Assembly: GCA_964016885.1 (NCBI GenBank)
Contig: OZ024742.1
Span: 316,386,001 to 316,450,000 of the forward strand
DNA length: 64,000 bases
From: Eledone cirrhosa
Taxonomy: Eukaryota
Direction: 5' to 3'
Shown here: piece after piece, positions 42,167 to 54,205 of the stretch
Position numbering within the stretch: position 1 is the first letter of the stretch
How the letters are laid out: the number at the start of each line of letters is the position of its first letter
The notes under the pieces: generated by a model
Database searches by the model: none
Seen by the model: only the letters and a program-made list of their open reading frames with translations
What the model was told of the DNA's origin: nothing
Made by a program: the position numbers and the translations under genes

Positions 42167-45100
42167 CTACAGGATGGTATACAGAGAAGGCCCATTTACA
42201 CGAGCCATTCTCGCCACTATCACCCACCTTTCATAAAACTGCCCGTGGCCAAGCACCTCTCTCTCCATTCTTATCCTTCTTCCGAAGTGATATCGGAAGA
42301 AGTAGACCAGACTATGGCCAGAGAGGAAGTTGCCTGACCTCAGACCTTTCAATCGTGTCCAGCAAACAACCTCTTTCAACATGGCTATTACGCACAGAAA
42401 AACCGCCTTTGCTTCCTTTGTGAAGAGGGGAGGCGGTTTGATTGTCATCACGGACTCGGCGGTCAATTGAATCGGCGCCACCCGCGACAGCAGTCGTTCG
42501 GCGTAGCCCCACAGTTCAGCCACGCCCGGACATTGCACCAATGCGTGCGCAACGGTTTCTTTGTGACGCACGCATCTAGGGCAAATCTTTTTTGAGGGAT
42601 CCCTGCCCGGGCGCCCGTGTCTGTAGGGCCTCTCTCGAACGGGTAGAGCCCCTCGGTAGCACTGCCAGGCCAGTGATTTCTGGAAGTTGTCCATTGGTCC
42701 TGGGCCGAAAGTCCTACCGAACAGGCTGGCCAGTTCGTCTTCTTCCATGTCCAGCGACTCTCCAAGGGTGTCATCGCCCCTGCTAGCCACCAGCCCTCTA
42801 TAGAATGATGAGGTGGATTCTCCACCGATGGCCTGGCCCGCTTGCCAGAGAGCCCTGAGCGCCTGAGCACACTCAGTGTGCCAGTCTCCCAGTTTTCCGG
42901 ATCTTTGCTTGACCCAGGACTGTAGCTCGGTGAGTGAGACGAGTCTCGGAAAGGCTCGTTTCACGAACGGAGCCGACACCGGTTGACCAGTGAGGAATAC
43001 CTGTAGGTGCCGTAGCCTTAATGCGTGCCTACGCATCATCAAGCACGGCATCCCCAGCCCTCCTTTCGAAGGTTGTTGGCAGCAGATGGATCTTCTCACC
43101 ATAGGAGGGCGCTTCTTCCAAAGAAATTGGAAGAGCATGCGTTCCATGGTGGTGAGTGTTTCCTTAGGGCAAGGCACGACAGTCAGGCGGTAGTAAGTGA
43201 CGGACGCTATGTAAATGTTCGCCACCTCCGCCCGGCCTTTTAGGGACAGCTTACACTTGGCCCATTTCTGGGTTAGTGCAAACACCTTGTTCGTAACCTC
43301 GTTCCAGTTCTTTTCCACCTGGAGGTCCGGTCCAAACCAGACCCCAAGCAACTTTACCGGGCCCTCCGTCCAGTGTCCGACGACACCGTCGTGAGGCATC
43401 GGTCTGCCTCTCCACGTTCCGAGTTGCAGCCCGATGGATTTTTCCCGGTTCAGTTTCGCTCCTGACAATCTTTCGTAATCCTCCAGTAAGGTACCGATTG
43501 TCTCGATCTCCGAGTCGGTCGATACCATTACTGTTACGTCATCGGCGTAGGCCGACACCGCTTTGCTCAATCCTGGTTCCAGGGGGATACCCTGCAACAA
43601 CTCCAACTTCCTCAGTAAAGGTTCGAGAGTCAATACGTACAGAAGGGAGGAGAGAGGGCACCCCTGTCGAATGGATCGTGTGATTTCGAACGGCTTCGAA
43701 AGGTAGCCGTTCACCTTGATCCTAGAACAGATGTGGTTGCTATGTAAGGCAGTGATCCAGCCTCTGAAAACAGGACCGAACCCAGCCGCCGCTAGCACCG
43801 CATCCAGGTAACCATGGTCGACCCTATCGAAGGCCTTAGACTGATCCAAGTTGATCAGGGCCCCACCGAAGCCGGGTTTGTTGCCAACCCTCTCTATGAT
43901 GTATCGCATGAGGTGGAGGTTATCGTGAATGGACCTGGATGGGATAGCACATGTCTGCACATCTCCCACCAGGCCACCCACGACAAGCGCCAACCTCTTT
44001 GCTAACACCTTGGCCAAAATCTTTAACTCTGTGTTTAGCAGGGTTATGGGCCGAAAATTATTTATACTATCTCCCTTGTTCTCGTCCTTCCTCACCAGCG
44101 TGACTACGCCCTTGGCTACAGAACAAGGAATTCTCCCGTTCTGCTGCCAATTGCAGTAGACCACTTCGAGGAGTTCGGAGAAGAAGACCGGCATTGCTAA
44201 ATAAAGTTCGTAAGGTATACCACCGAGACCTGGAAATTTGCGTCTGCTGCATTGGCTCAGCGCATCTCCGATCTGATCAGCCGAGATTGGTCCCTCGCAG
44301 GACTCTGCCTCTTCGCTCGAGAGACGCGGCAGGCCGTCGAGGTATGGACCGAAATCCACGTCCCCGCCCGGACCCTCGCCTCCCCGGAACAATCGGGCAA
44401 AGTGCCTTTGAAAGGCCTCGCACATCTGCTTAGGCTCCCGGATCACCCGTCCATCTTCGTCTTGCAACGACCGGATGGTGGATCGATTTCCACTCTTAGC
44501 TTCTGTCACGCAGGTCACTAATTTGTGATCCGTGTAGCCAACCGTGCGCATTTCTGGACAGCTTAATATGTCCCTATCCTTACTTCTAACTAAGAATCTA
44601 TCTAAGTACGATCTAGATTGACCACTGTGGTTTCTCCAAGTCCAGGTAGGCACAGTTGGAAAATCTAGTCGATATCTATCGATCAAGTTAAAACGGTCGA
44701 GTAACCCCTTGAGGCTGTTACACCCCCCTCTATTAGGACATGCTCCTGCATAGTCCCAACGTGCATCTAGGATGTCATTCCAATCCCCCGCTAGAAGCAG
44801 GGAACGCGACGTTCCCAGAAAAGTCTCTAAACGCTGGAAGAAGTCGGGCCGTTCAGCTCCGAAAGGGGAGTAGACGGCGACCAGTCTTAAGGCCGCACCT
44901 TCACTACTGCCAACGTCTAGCACCAACAAACGACTCTCCGGGTCCGAGTGCACAACCTGTACGGCAAGACCCAGGTGTTTTTGCAGCAGTACGACGACCC
45001 CACCCCCACCTCCAGGTTGACAGAGAGATGCATGCACCTCAAAGTCATCGAAGGTAAGGGCCAGCTGCCGCACGACGCTGATCCGAGTCTCACAGATAAC

Positions 45101-45205
45101 CATTACATTTATACCACATGACCTGAGGTCATTTAGAAGCTTTGCTTGCTTCCAAGTTGAGCCCAGGCCACGTGCATTCAAACATCCTACTCTTAACATA
45201 TCCAT
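42167..45205 (-). CDS. LINE ORF2 protein: APE endonuclease + reverse transcriptase + C-terminal Cys motif
   Basis: LNARGL, ICET, AGDWN, SYLDRF, YTDH; FRPITLLN, DQSKAFDRVDH, RQGCPLS, YADD, KLLGV; CPRC...ETVAHALVQC. Confidence 0.95.
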   Translation of the reverse strand: MDMLRVGCLNARGLGSTWKQAKLLNDLRSCGINVMVICETRISVVRQLALTFDDFEVHASLCQPGGGGGVVVLLQKHLGLAVQVVHSDPESRLLVLDVGSSEGAALRLVAVYSPFGAERPDFFQRLETFLGTSRSLLLAGDWNDILDARWDYAGACPNRGGCNSLKGLLDRFNLIDRYRLDFPTVPTWTWRNHSGQSRSYLDRFLVRSKDRDILSCPEMRTVGYTDHKLVTCVTEAKSGNRSTIRSLQDEDGRVIREPKQMCEAFQRHFARLFRGGEGPGGDVDFGPYLDGLPRLSSEEAESCEGPISADQIGDALSQCSRRKFPGLGGIPYELYLAMPVFFSELLEVVYCNWQQNGRIPCSVAKGVVTLVRKDENKGDSINNFRPITLLNTELKILAKVLAKRLALVVGGLVGDVQTCAIPSRSIHDNLHLMRYIIERVGNKPGFGGALINLDQSKAFDRVDHGYLDAVLAAAGFGPVFRGWITALHSNHICSRIKVNGYLSKPFEITRSIRQGCPLSSLLYVLTLEPLLRKLELLQGIPLEPGLSKAVSAYADDVTVMVSTDSEIETIGTLLEDYERLSGAKLNREKSIGLQLGTWRGRPMPHDGVVGHWTEGPVKLLGVWFGPDLQVEKNWNEVTNKVFALTQKWAKCKLSLKGRAEVANIYIASVTYYRLTVVPCPKETLTTMERMLFQFLWKKRPPMVRRSICCQQPSKGGLGMPCLMMRRHALRLRHLQVFLTGQPVSAPFVKRAFPRLVSLTELQSWVKQRSGKLGDWHTECAQALRALWQAGQAIGGESTSSFYRGLVASRGDDTLGESLDMEEDELASLFGRTFGPGPMDNFQKSLAWQCYRGALPVRERPYRHGRPGRDPSKKICPRCVRHKETVAHALVQCPGVAELWGYAERLLSRVAPIQLTAESVMTIKPPPLFTKEAKAVFLCVIAMLKEVVCWTRLKGLRSGNFLSGHSLVYFFRYHFGRRIRMEREVLGHGQFYERWVIVARMARVNGPSLYTIL

Positions 45206-45238
45206 GTGGGCGGCAGAGCCAAAGGAGAGTGTAGAGAC

Positions 45239-46933
45239 CTACCTTTCCGCTTCCCAGGGTTCGGGTCGCACGACTTCCATGGGGTCGGGGGTGTTGGGTG
45301 AAGGGGTGTCTTGTGGTGGTGTGGGGTCGTCAGTGTGTGGTGGGGTTGGGGTGTTTGGAGTTGTGTTGGGGAGGGGGAGGAGAGGGGGAAAGCTTTTTAG
45401 TAGGACGCGGTTTATGGGTTTGACAGAGGGTGGTCCTACGTCCTCCTTAAAATCCTTTTTTAGTTTTTGGTAGAGGTTCATTGGGATCTTAATTAATTTT
45501 AAATGTGGGTAGTTTTCTGAAGAAACAAAGTTTACACCTTCGGTTTGTACCGAAGGTTTATTGTTTATGAGTTCATTTAATTTATTATTGTTTCTGTTGA
45601 TGTAAGTATAGTGTAATGTCTTTTTTTCGGATGGTGTGAGTGTTTCGAAGAGGGGAGGGGCAGGTTTGGTTTTGTTTGTTGCTGGAGGGGTGTTTTCTGT
45701 TTTGTTGGATTGTGTTGACATTTGGGTGGGGGTTGTTTGGCCTTGTGTGTTTTGCACATGTTTTCTTTTTTTCCTTTTAATCTGTCTGAAGGACTCCGTT
45801 TCTTCCTCCGAATTCGTTGGGTTATCTTCAGTGTTGGAGGGAAGAGGTATGTTTGCTGGTAATGTTTCCGTGTTCGTTTTCTTTGTGGGGGAGATGGATG
45901 TCACTATGTTAGACTGTGTTGTGTGTTGTGTCTGCGGTGGTTGTGTTGTTTTATTGAGTGAGGGGTTGGCTGGGCCTGTATTTTGTTTTGGGGTAATGTG
46001 TTGTGACTGTTTGTGTTGTGGTGGTGGTGTAGTTTTACTGAGGGACGGGTTGGGTGGGACTGAGTTTTGTTGTTTGTTTATCTGTTGTGGTGGTGGTGGT
46101 GGAGCTGGTGTTGGTAGCAGGGTTTTCTTTTTGTTGAGTTGGGGACAAGCGGCCTTCAGGTGCCCTCTGCCTGCACAGATATGACAGGACGGCCTTCTCC
46201 CCGCCACGCTAATGTTTATATACCCGTGGCCCTCTAATAGGATTCTGTCGGGTATTTGGGCGATGCGTTCAGGCTTCATTTGCACTACTAGCTCTATACC
46301 TGTTCCACTGAACGCATTGCCTGTGGTTTTCCCAATGGAAATCACGTTGTCATTCACTGGATCGATGAAGCCAGCTATGAGCCAGCAGTAGTCCACATCT
46401 GGCATCATTGCATCCAGCCATATGCGTTGAGTTCTTTTCCCCATATAAGATGGATAAGAGGTAAACAATGTTGAACGAATCGGTGACAAAGCACATTTTT
46501 TTGCCGCCGATTCGTTCTTCATGATAATTGCTAGGCTTCCATACAGTCTGTCTCTTCTTATGAAAGTGGTTTCATTAAGTATTTCTGTGAGTACTGTTTT
46601 GATATCTGCCTGAGAAGGCTGTTCAGGTTTTTTTGAAGTGTTGTTGATGGTGCGGAACACGACCGTTCGACTTTCAATGTCTTTGGTGAGTTCTTGAGGC
46701 ATTGTTACCGATAAAATACCATTCTCTCCTTCACTTATGTATTGTTTGGCGTCTGTGATTCTTCGTGCCACATCTGAAATATTTTCGGGTATATATGTCA
46801 AAGATTTCTTTGTTGTTTGTGCAAATGAAATCTTAACTCTGTCGTCTGCTTTGCTTTCTGTTATGGTCTTATTTTCAAATGTTATTTTTGTGTTTGTTGT
46901 GTCTTTGTTTGTGGTATTTGTATTGTCATGCAA
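45239..46933 (-). CDS. LINE ORF1 protein with zinc knuckle
   Basis: 564-aa open frame with CHICAGRGHLKAAC (CX2CX4HX4C) and a Pro/Thr/Gln-rich C-terminal half. Start uncertain: the ATG at 46968 is 1 nt out of frame across an A10 tract. Confidence 0.85.
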   Translation of the reverse strand: MHDNTNTTNKDTTNTKITFENKTITESKADDRVKISFAQTTKKSLTYIPENISDVARRITDAKQYISEGENGILSVTMPQELTKDIESRTVVFRTINNTSKKPEQPSQADIKTVLTEILNETTFIRRDRLYGSLAIIMKNESAAKKCALSPIRSTLFTSYPSYMGKRTQRIWLDAMMPDVDYCWLIAGFIDPVNDNVISIGKTTGNAFSGTGIELVVQMKPERIAQIPDRILLEGHGYINISVAGRRPSCHICAGRGHLKAACPQLNKKKTLLPTPAPPPPPQQINKQQNSVPPNPSLSKTTPPPQHKQSQHITPKQNTGPANPSLNKTTQPPQTQHTTQSNIVTSISPTKKTNTETLPANIPLPSNTEDNPTNSEEETESFRQIKRKKRKHVQNTQGQTTPTQMSTQSNKTENTPPATNKTKPAPPLFETLTPSEKKTLHYTYINRNNNKLNELINNKPSVQTEGVNFVSSENYPHLKLIKIPMNLYQKLKKDFKEDVGPPSVKPINRVLLKSFPPLLPLPNTTPNTPTPPHTDDPTPPQDTPSPNTPDPMEVVRPEPWEAER

Positions 46934-47396
46934 TTTTTCAAATTTTTTTTTTCGTTGTTGGAATCCATGTCCAGATTTGTGTTTTCGTCATTTTTCTCCG
47001 CAGATTCATCTGTTTTTATTTTAATTTTTCCTTCCTTCACTATGACGTTAGTTGGGAAGGAAGGGGGACTAAAGCGTGCGAGCTTACAACTCTTACCGCT
47101 GTCCCCCCACCACTATCTTCGTTCGCTTCGTTTAACATTTCTGTCAGACGATTGAAATTTTTTTGACACAAAATTTTTTAAAACAGGGTTTTCACCTCTA
47201 GGAGGGGTAAAGATGAGCTGATCCACCGCCTGACAGTTCAGACGGGGGGTCAAGCTATACAATAGTATCAAAATTAAATTTGAACTCACAAAATTTCCGC
47301 AATAAATTTGAACAAAACTTCTGCGCGAAGTGAATTACATCCACACTGTAGAACAGACGACAGCTAGATTATAGATAGATACATAGATAGATAGAT

Positions 47397-49383
47397 TTCT
47401 TTATTAGCCACAAGGGCGCAACAAGAAAGGGGACAATACAAAGACATGCCGGGGATTTTACATACAGTCGTGTAAAAAATATAAAAACAAACAATTTCAA
47501 CAATCGAAATCCCCAATAGGGGGGTGGCGCCACAAATGGGTTGTTTAATACCCCGTCGATAGAACAACCCTCAACTCAAGGAGCGTGTTGTGCAAGTGCT
47601 CCTTTCTTCCTTTTGCTCTCTTCCTCAACCTACAGGCTTATAAACAGAGAAGGCCCAATTACTCGGGCCATTTTCGCTTCATTCACCCACCTTTCAGTAA
47701 ATTTACTGGGGTGCAGTGCCTCTCTCTCCACCCTGATTCTCCTTCTAAAGTGATACTTAAAGAAGGGAATCAATTGTTGTCCGGAGAGAAAGGCATCTGT
47801 CCTCAGTCCTCTCAACCTCGTCCACCATATAACTTCTTTCACCATAGCCACCGTACAGAGGAAAACCGCCTCTCTTTCGTTTTTGAAAGAGTCTGGCGGT
47901 TTGATCCTTACTATGGACTCGGCAGTCAACTGTATTTGTCCCATACGCGACAGCAGTTGTTCTGCATAGTTCCACAGGTCGCTTACGCCCGGGCAGTGTA
48001 CAATTGCGTGCAGAACTGTTTCAATGTCCTGCGCACATCTTGGACACGTCCTCTTGGAAGGATCCCTGCCAGGGCGTCCGTGCCTGTAGATCTTGTCACG
48101 AACCGGTAGAGCTCCTCTGTAGCACTGCCAGGCCAGGGACCTCTGGAAGTTGTCCATAGGTCCCGGGCGGAAAGTCCTACCAAACATACTGGTGAGCTCA
48201 TCGTCTTCGACGCCCAGAGTCTCTCCGAGCACGTCGTCGCCCTTGTAACGTACAATCCCTCTATAGAATGTCGAAGTGGAGTCTCCACTGATTGCTGCGC
48301 CCGCTTGCCAGCGGACTGTGAGCGCCTGAGCGCATTCAATGTGCCAGGCGCCCATCGTTTTCGGTCTTTTCTTCACCCAGGACTGCAGCTCCGTTAGCGA
48401 GACGAGGTGTGGGAAAGCCTGTCTCACAAACGGTGCCCACACCGGTTGGGGGTCGGTGAGGAATATCTGGAGATGCCGCAGCCTCAGCGCATGTTTGCGC
48501 ATCATCAGCCACGGCATTCCCAGCCCTCCGTTGGAAGGGTGCTGACAGCAGACGGATCTCCTCACCAGCGGAGCCTGCTTCTTCCACAGAAACTGGAAGA
48601 GCATGCGTTCCATCTTGGCGAGGTGTTCACGGGGACAAGGCACGACAGTCAAGCGGTAGTAGATGACGGACGCTATGAAAGTGTTCGCCACCTCCGCTCG
48701 ACCTTTCAAGGACAGTTTGCACTCTGCCCACTTCTGAGTGAGTGCAAACACCTTGACCGTGACCTCGTTCCAGTTTTTCTCCACCTGGAGGTCTGGACCG
48801 AACCAGACCCCGAGAAATTTCACCGGTCCGTCCGTCCAGCGTCCAACGACGCTGTCGGATGTCATCGGTTTGCCTCTCCACGTACCGAGTTGCAAACCGA
48901 CAGGCTTGTCTGGGTTTAGTTTTGCTCCCGTCAGCGTTTCGTATTCTTTCAGTATGTTGCCGATCACCCCGATTTCCGAGGTGCTCGACACCATTACTGT
49001 CACGTCGTCGGCATAAGCCGACGCCGCTTTGCGCAGTCCCGGTTCTAGGGGGATGCCCTGCAACAGCTCCAATTTCCGCAGTAGTGGCTCTAGAGTCAAT
49101 ACATACAGAATGGAGGAGAGAGGGCATCCCTGTCGAATGGAACGCGTGATTGCGAACGGCTCCGATAGGTAGCCGTTCACCTTGACCCTCGAGCAGATGC
49201 TGGTGTGCATCGCCTCGATCCATCCTCTGAACACGGGACCGAAACCGGCCGCCTTGAGAAACGCTTCCAAGTATCGATGGTCGACCCTATCGAATGCCTT
49301 AGACTGATCCAAGTTGATCAGAGCCCCACCGAAGCCGGATTTACTACCCACCCTCTCTATGATGTATCGCATGAGGTGGAGGT
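47397..49383 (-). mobile_element. 5'-truncated Tx1-clade LINE, diverged relative of the adjacent element (open RT frame 47630-49372)
   Basis: 580-aa frame colinear with the ORF2 C-terminal part. The 17-mer tacatagatagatagat occurs at both 47380-47396 and 49384-49400. Confidence 0.95.
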
Positions 49384-49441
49384 TACATAGATAGATAGAT
49401 AGTTAGATAGATAGATAGATAGATAGACAGACGTGTACCAA

Positions 49442-49490
<49 letters not shown>

Positions 49491-49494
49491 CACG

Positions 49495-49603
<109 letters not shown>

Positions 49604-49790
49604 TTCTTACTCTCTCTGTCCCTCCCCCTTTCTCTCTTCATTTATATATATATATATGGCGTTGTTGAAAAGAGCAGTGCCCTTTGACCTGGCGATAAAA
49701 ACTGGAGACAAAATTCTTTCTGTACCCAAACCAAGGCACACACACACACAAGTTTCTGCGTGTGTATGTATGTGTGTGTGTGTGTGTGTG

Positions 49791-49873
<83 letters not shown>

Positions 49874-50549
49874 CTATCTATGTATATATATATGAGGATA
49901 CAGATATTGCTTTCTCACTGTCACCAAGCTTCTCAATTCATTCGTTGTTACTAAATATTTTATTTTGCTACGAGGTATTTTATTTTGCAAGGTACTATTT
50001 TTCCTCTGAGTTGTGATTTCAGAGAAACACTTTTACTCTTTTACCTGTTCCAGCCATCCGGCTGAGTTCATGCTGGGGCACCGCTAGAAAGGTAAGAAAT
50101 TCTTCATATTTTGCATCTTTTGTATTTTGACTTTACAGTTTGAATTGTATAATTATCTATCCACTAAAAATGTTACAACAGCTAACAGTGAAATATAGTG
50201 AAAATAAAATACAGTGAAAATAAAAAAGCTTTTTCGACTGAGATCAAATCATTGAGAACATTCACGTTTATTTTTCAAAAATATATCATTTGAAATAGCT
50301 TGTTTTTGTTTTGGACTGAAACTTTTTTGTATTTAATTCGTACGAGTATTTTTTAAAGATTCTAACATAACTTGATTTGGCCCAGTAATCTACTGATATC
50401 AAAATCAGTAATATATTGAAAAATGGAAAAATAGGGGAGGGGGACTTTTCGCGATTTCGAGAGGCAAAATGGGTTTGGCCGAAATGGGTTGAGAACCTTT
50501 GATCTAAATGACGCTAGGCCTTTCATTATGAATTATTTCTCTATTGCAA

Positions 50550-50702
50550 ATAATTGTTTCTACTTTTGGCACAAGGCCAGCAATTATCCCAATGCGTTAC
50601 TGGTACTTTATTTTACCGACCCCGTAAGGATGAAAGGCAAAATTAACTTCGGCAAGATTTGAACTTAGGACATAAAGGGCCATAACTCTACCGATAATGC
50701 CA
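50550..50702 (-). mobile_element. SINE
   Basis: Reverse complement of the SINE consensus. Confidence 0.85.
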
Positions 50703-51600
50703 AGGTCTGTGTAATTGTAGGCGTAAAGGTTAAATCTAAAAGTGTTAACATTTTATCAGCACTTGAAAGCTTCAGTTTTTGACGGCGCAATCCTTTATAA
50801 TTTCTCCCTTTTCTTGCTCTTCTTGCTAAATGAATCCGTGGTCATCCTATCATCGTTGTGCATAGAGCCGAGGACCAGGTCCTACATCGCTGCTGGTTCC
50901 GTGCAGTCACCTCTAGATACTCCAAGGGGATGTCGAGCTTCCACAGATCTTCCCAGATGATATCCAGCCACCTGGTGGGGAGCCCACCGTGGGATCTCTT
51001 CTAGCCTGCAGCCGCATCATCGAATGAGAGTAAGGGACTATATGTACATATCATTTAATTTTGTGTATACATGCTTAATATAAAAAACTAGCTACAGTGG
51101 ATAGGTTAGATGATATCGGCTGTTTAACTCTCTAGACCTAAAAATGAGGCTAATTGATTTTCATAGTAAACATCGAATCTTTATTATTTTCTTGTTGATC
51201 AAATATTGCAAATTTTAACAAAATAAATAAAATTATATTCCGAGATTTGTATTTTCAGACAAAACGAGATACATTTATCAGATTAGTCCCAGCAGTATAG
51301 AAAGAAATACAACAGAATAGGACAACACAACAAATCGGAAAGAAATTTTTTTTGCTAAATTAAGTTTGTCTTTGATTTATTTAATTAATTCTAAAGTGGT
51401 TTCATTATTATGATGATTGGGAAAGTATAGCTTAGACTCAAATAGACTACTTCAACTTGACATCTGTAAATAAACATCATGAATAATCTACTAAGATAAA
51501 AACAATGAATTTCAGCTATTTATGAACGCGTTCCAAGGTAAATAGTATTATTAAGAATAACACTATGCAGAAAATCAAAAAACAAAAACTACAAGCACAC

Positions 51601-51702
<102 letters not shown>

Positions 51703-51707
51703 GTATG

Positions 51708-51954
51708 CAGGATATCCGTATATAAAAGGCCAAGAAAAACAATGCTTAATCTATTGCAAGGTTGCTTATTTAGTATAAATACAATTTCATACATTTAACA
51801 AGTACGCGTGACCTTAAGTTTCGGGGTCCAGTTATGGCTACCTTTGTATAGTAGAGGAGCGATTCCATCGCCTGTTGAGAGGTAAGCACACAAGCAGCTC
51901 CTCCACTATACAGTACTGACCATAACCTGCCCTCAAAACCTAAGGTTGCGCATA
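51708..51954 (-). mobile_element. Old PLE 3'-end island with imperfect ~150-bp fold-back (51803-51954)
   Basis: cgcgtgaccttaagtttc...gttatgg...tgtatagtagaggagc pairs with gctcctccactataca...ccataac...aaaacctaaggttgcg. Arms end in GAAA-stem III-UH-like halves. Confidence 0.55.
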
Positions 51955-51970
51955 TACATACACACACACA

Positions 51971-52034
<64 letters not shown>

Positions 52035-52036
52035 CA

Positions 52037-52108
<72 letters not shown>

Positions 52109-52109
<1 letters not shown>

Positions 52110-53121
52110 GGAAAAAATGAAACGAAATTTCATTTCTCACTCTTAGTACGGGTGTTACTTAAATATAAGTATGTATACGTACATACATATATGTATACAG
52201 ACGTACAGTAGTATGTATATATATATAAATAAATGCACACATATATATATATGTACGTATGAATTTACTGAACATTTATTATAATTCTCGGTGTGTTTGT
52301 AAACAAACATCCCGAATTAAGCCGTACAGTGTTTAGCAACCATCGTTGCTCTTTTGTTCAACACTAACAAAGGAACGATGTACTAGTTTTAAGCTTATTA
52401 GCTACCGTCAGCACCGTATACCTTTCTGCCAGATGATTGAACGTCTGAAAGTATATACTTTCCTAATGCATATTAACGGCTAGCAGTCTAATTTGCATAT
52501 CGAGTGAGTTAATCGGCCGGGCGCACCGAAAACGATAAACGGAAAAAATGAAACGAAATTTCATTTCTCACCCTTAGTACGGGTGTTACTTAAATATAAG
52601 TATGTATACGTACATACATATATGTATACAGACGTACAGTAGTATGTATATATATATACATAAATGCACACACATATATATATGTACGTATGGATTTACC
52701 GAACATTTATTATAATTGTCGGTGCGTTTGTAAACAAACATCCCGTATTAAGTCGTACAGTGTTTAGCAACCATCGTTGCTCTTTTGTTCAACACTAACA
52801 AAGGAACGATGTACTAGTTTTAAGCTTATTAGCTACCATCAGCACCGTATACCTTCCTGCCATATGATTGAACGTCTGAAAGTATATACTTTCCTAATGC
52901 ATATTAACGGCTGAGCAGCCTAAGTTGCATATCGAGTGAGTTAATCGGCCGGGCGCACCGAAAACGATAAACGGAAAAAAATGAAACGAAATTTCATCTC
53001 TCACTCTTAGTACGGCTGTTACTTAAATATAAGTATGTAGACGTACATATATATATGTGTGCATGTATGTATATATATATACATACTACTGTACGTCTGT
53101 ATACGTATATGTATGTACGTA
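52109..53121 (-). repeat. Tandem array of ~431-bp non-coding units (about 2.2 copies) with variant hammerheads at 52375-52417 and 52806-52848
   Basis: Units start cggaaaaaatgaaacg near 52108, 52540, 52972. Minus strand acggtg-CTGAYGG-t agct aata agct t-AAAA-ctag-TA-catcgt. Short inverted piece at 53083-53121. Confidence 0.9.
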
Positions 53122-53140
53122 TATATATATATATATATAT

Positions 53141-53295
53141 AAAAGTAGTAACACAACAGTTAGTTCACCATACCGAGAACAATTGTTTCACCTTAGCTAA
53201 TCCTCAGCTCATACTCGTGTTACCACTTCTACCTAACTCGTCCCATGGACTGGGTGCTCTACTACTACGGATATTACCTTCCAGTGTTCTATCTC

Positions 53296-53298
<3 letters not shown>
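53141..53298. mobile_element. PLE 3'-end island with minus-strand hammerhead (53174-53211)
   Basis: tgag-CTGAGGA-ttagctaaggt-GAAA-caattg-TT-ctcg, then flips to a plus-strand tail. Confidence 0.65.
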
Positions 53299-53370
<72 letters not shown>

Positions 53371-53374
<4 letters not shown>

Positions 53375-53853
53375 AGAGGAATTCCAACTTTGTCTGATTT
53401 ACTCGTTTTATTTACAATCCTTTAAAATATATATAATGGTATTATAATGAAATAGTATGATAGAATATTAAATTCTAAGTGTTAATTGAACAAGTACTTT
53501 CATGCTTTCGCAATCTTCAGGTTCATGATATGTGGTGACAGTCGAGTTTGCAATTTTCAACTGTATATATATATATATATACAGTATATATATACAGTAT
53601 ATATATATATATAGACAGTTGAAAATTGCAAACTCGACTGTCACCACATATCATGAACCTGAAGATTGCGAAAGCATGAAAGTACTTGTTCAATTAACAC
53701 TTAGAATTTAATATTCTATCATACTATTTCATTATAAAACCATTATATATATTTTAAAGGATTGTAAATAAAACGAGTAAATCAGACAAAGTTGGAATTC
53801 CTCTTATTAATATAATCTTCTATACACAATCATACACACCCGTGTATATTTAC
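53371..53853. mobile_element. PLE 3'-end island: ~195-bp-arm inverted repeat with two hammerheads (53487-53525 minus, 53654-53692 plus)
   Basis: tgaac-CTGAAGA-t tgc gaaa gca t-GAAA-gtac-TT-gttca. Arms are near-identical. Confidence 0.88.
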
Positions 53854-53862
53854 CTATCTATA

Positions 53863-53950
<88 letters not shown>

Positions 53951-53961
53951 ATATATGTGTG

Positions 53962-54205
53962 TAAATCTGAGTTTCTAAAGATATTAATAATAATATTCGA
54001 TTGGCTTGCAATTATCAAAACAGGCTCATAAGCCATGTCAGTAGAATGACCCCGCCATTCTTGCTGTTGTGTTGGAATATAAACAGAATGGCAAACACTA
54101 ATATAAACACTAATGCAAATGAATCGAATATTATTATTAATATTCGAAAAACTCAGATTTACATTTCTTGTATTCAGCCATGCAGAGCGATGAAACTATT
54201 TGTTA
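53962..54205. mobile_element. Inverted fragment of the 62577-63295 family
   Basis: aatctgagttt...aagccatgtcagtagaatga...acactaat, followed by an inverted copy with tail. Confidence 0.8.

Larger units (their letters stand above)
41950..47363 (-). mobile_element. Near full-length L1/Tx1-clade LINE
   Basis: 5' UTR, ORF1, ORF2, 3' AATAAA. The 19-mer atagatagatacatagata occurs at both 41931-41949 and 47371-47389. Confidence 0.95.

Noticed and set aside
42006-49390. Overlapping antisense or alternative-frame ORFs inside the Tx1 elements
   Set aside because: Expected shadow ORFs in GC-richer coding sequence, with no recognisable motifs.
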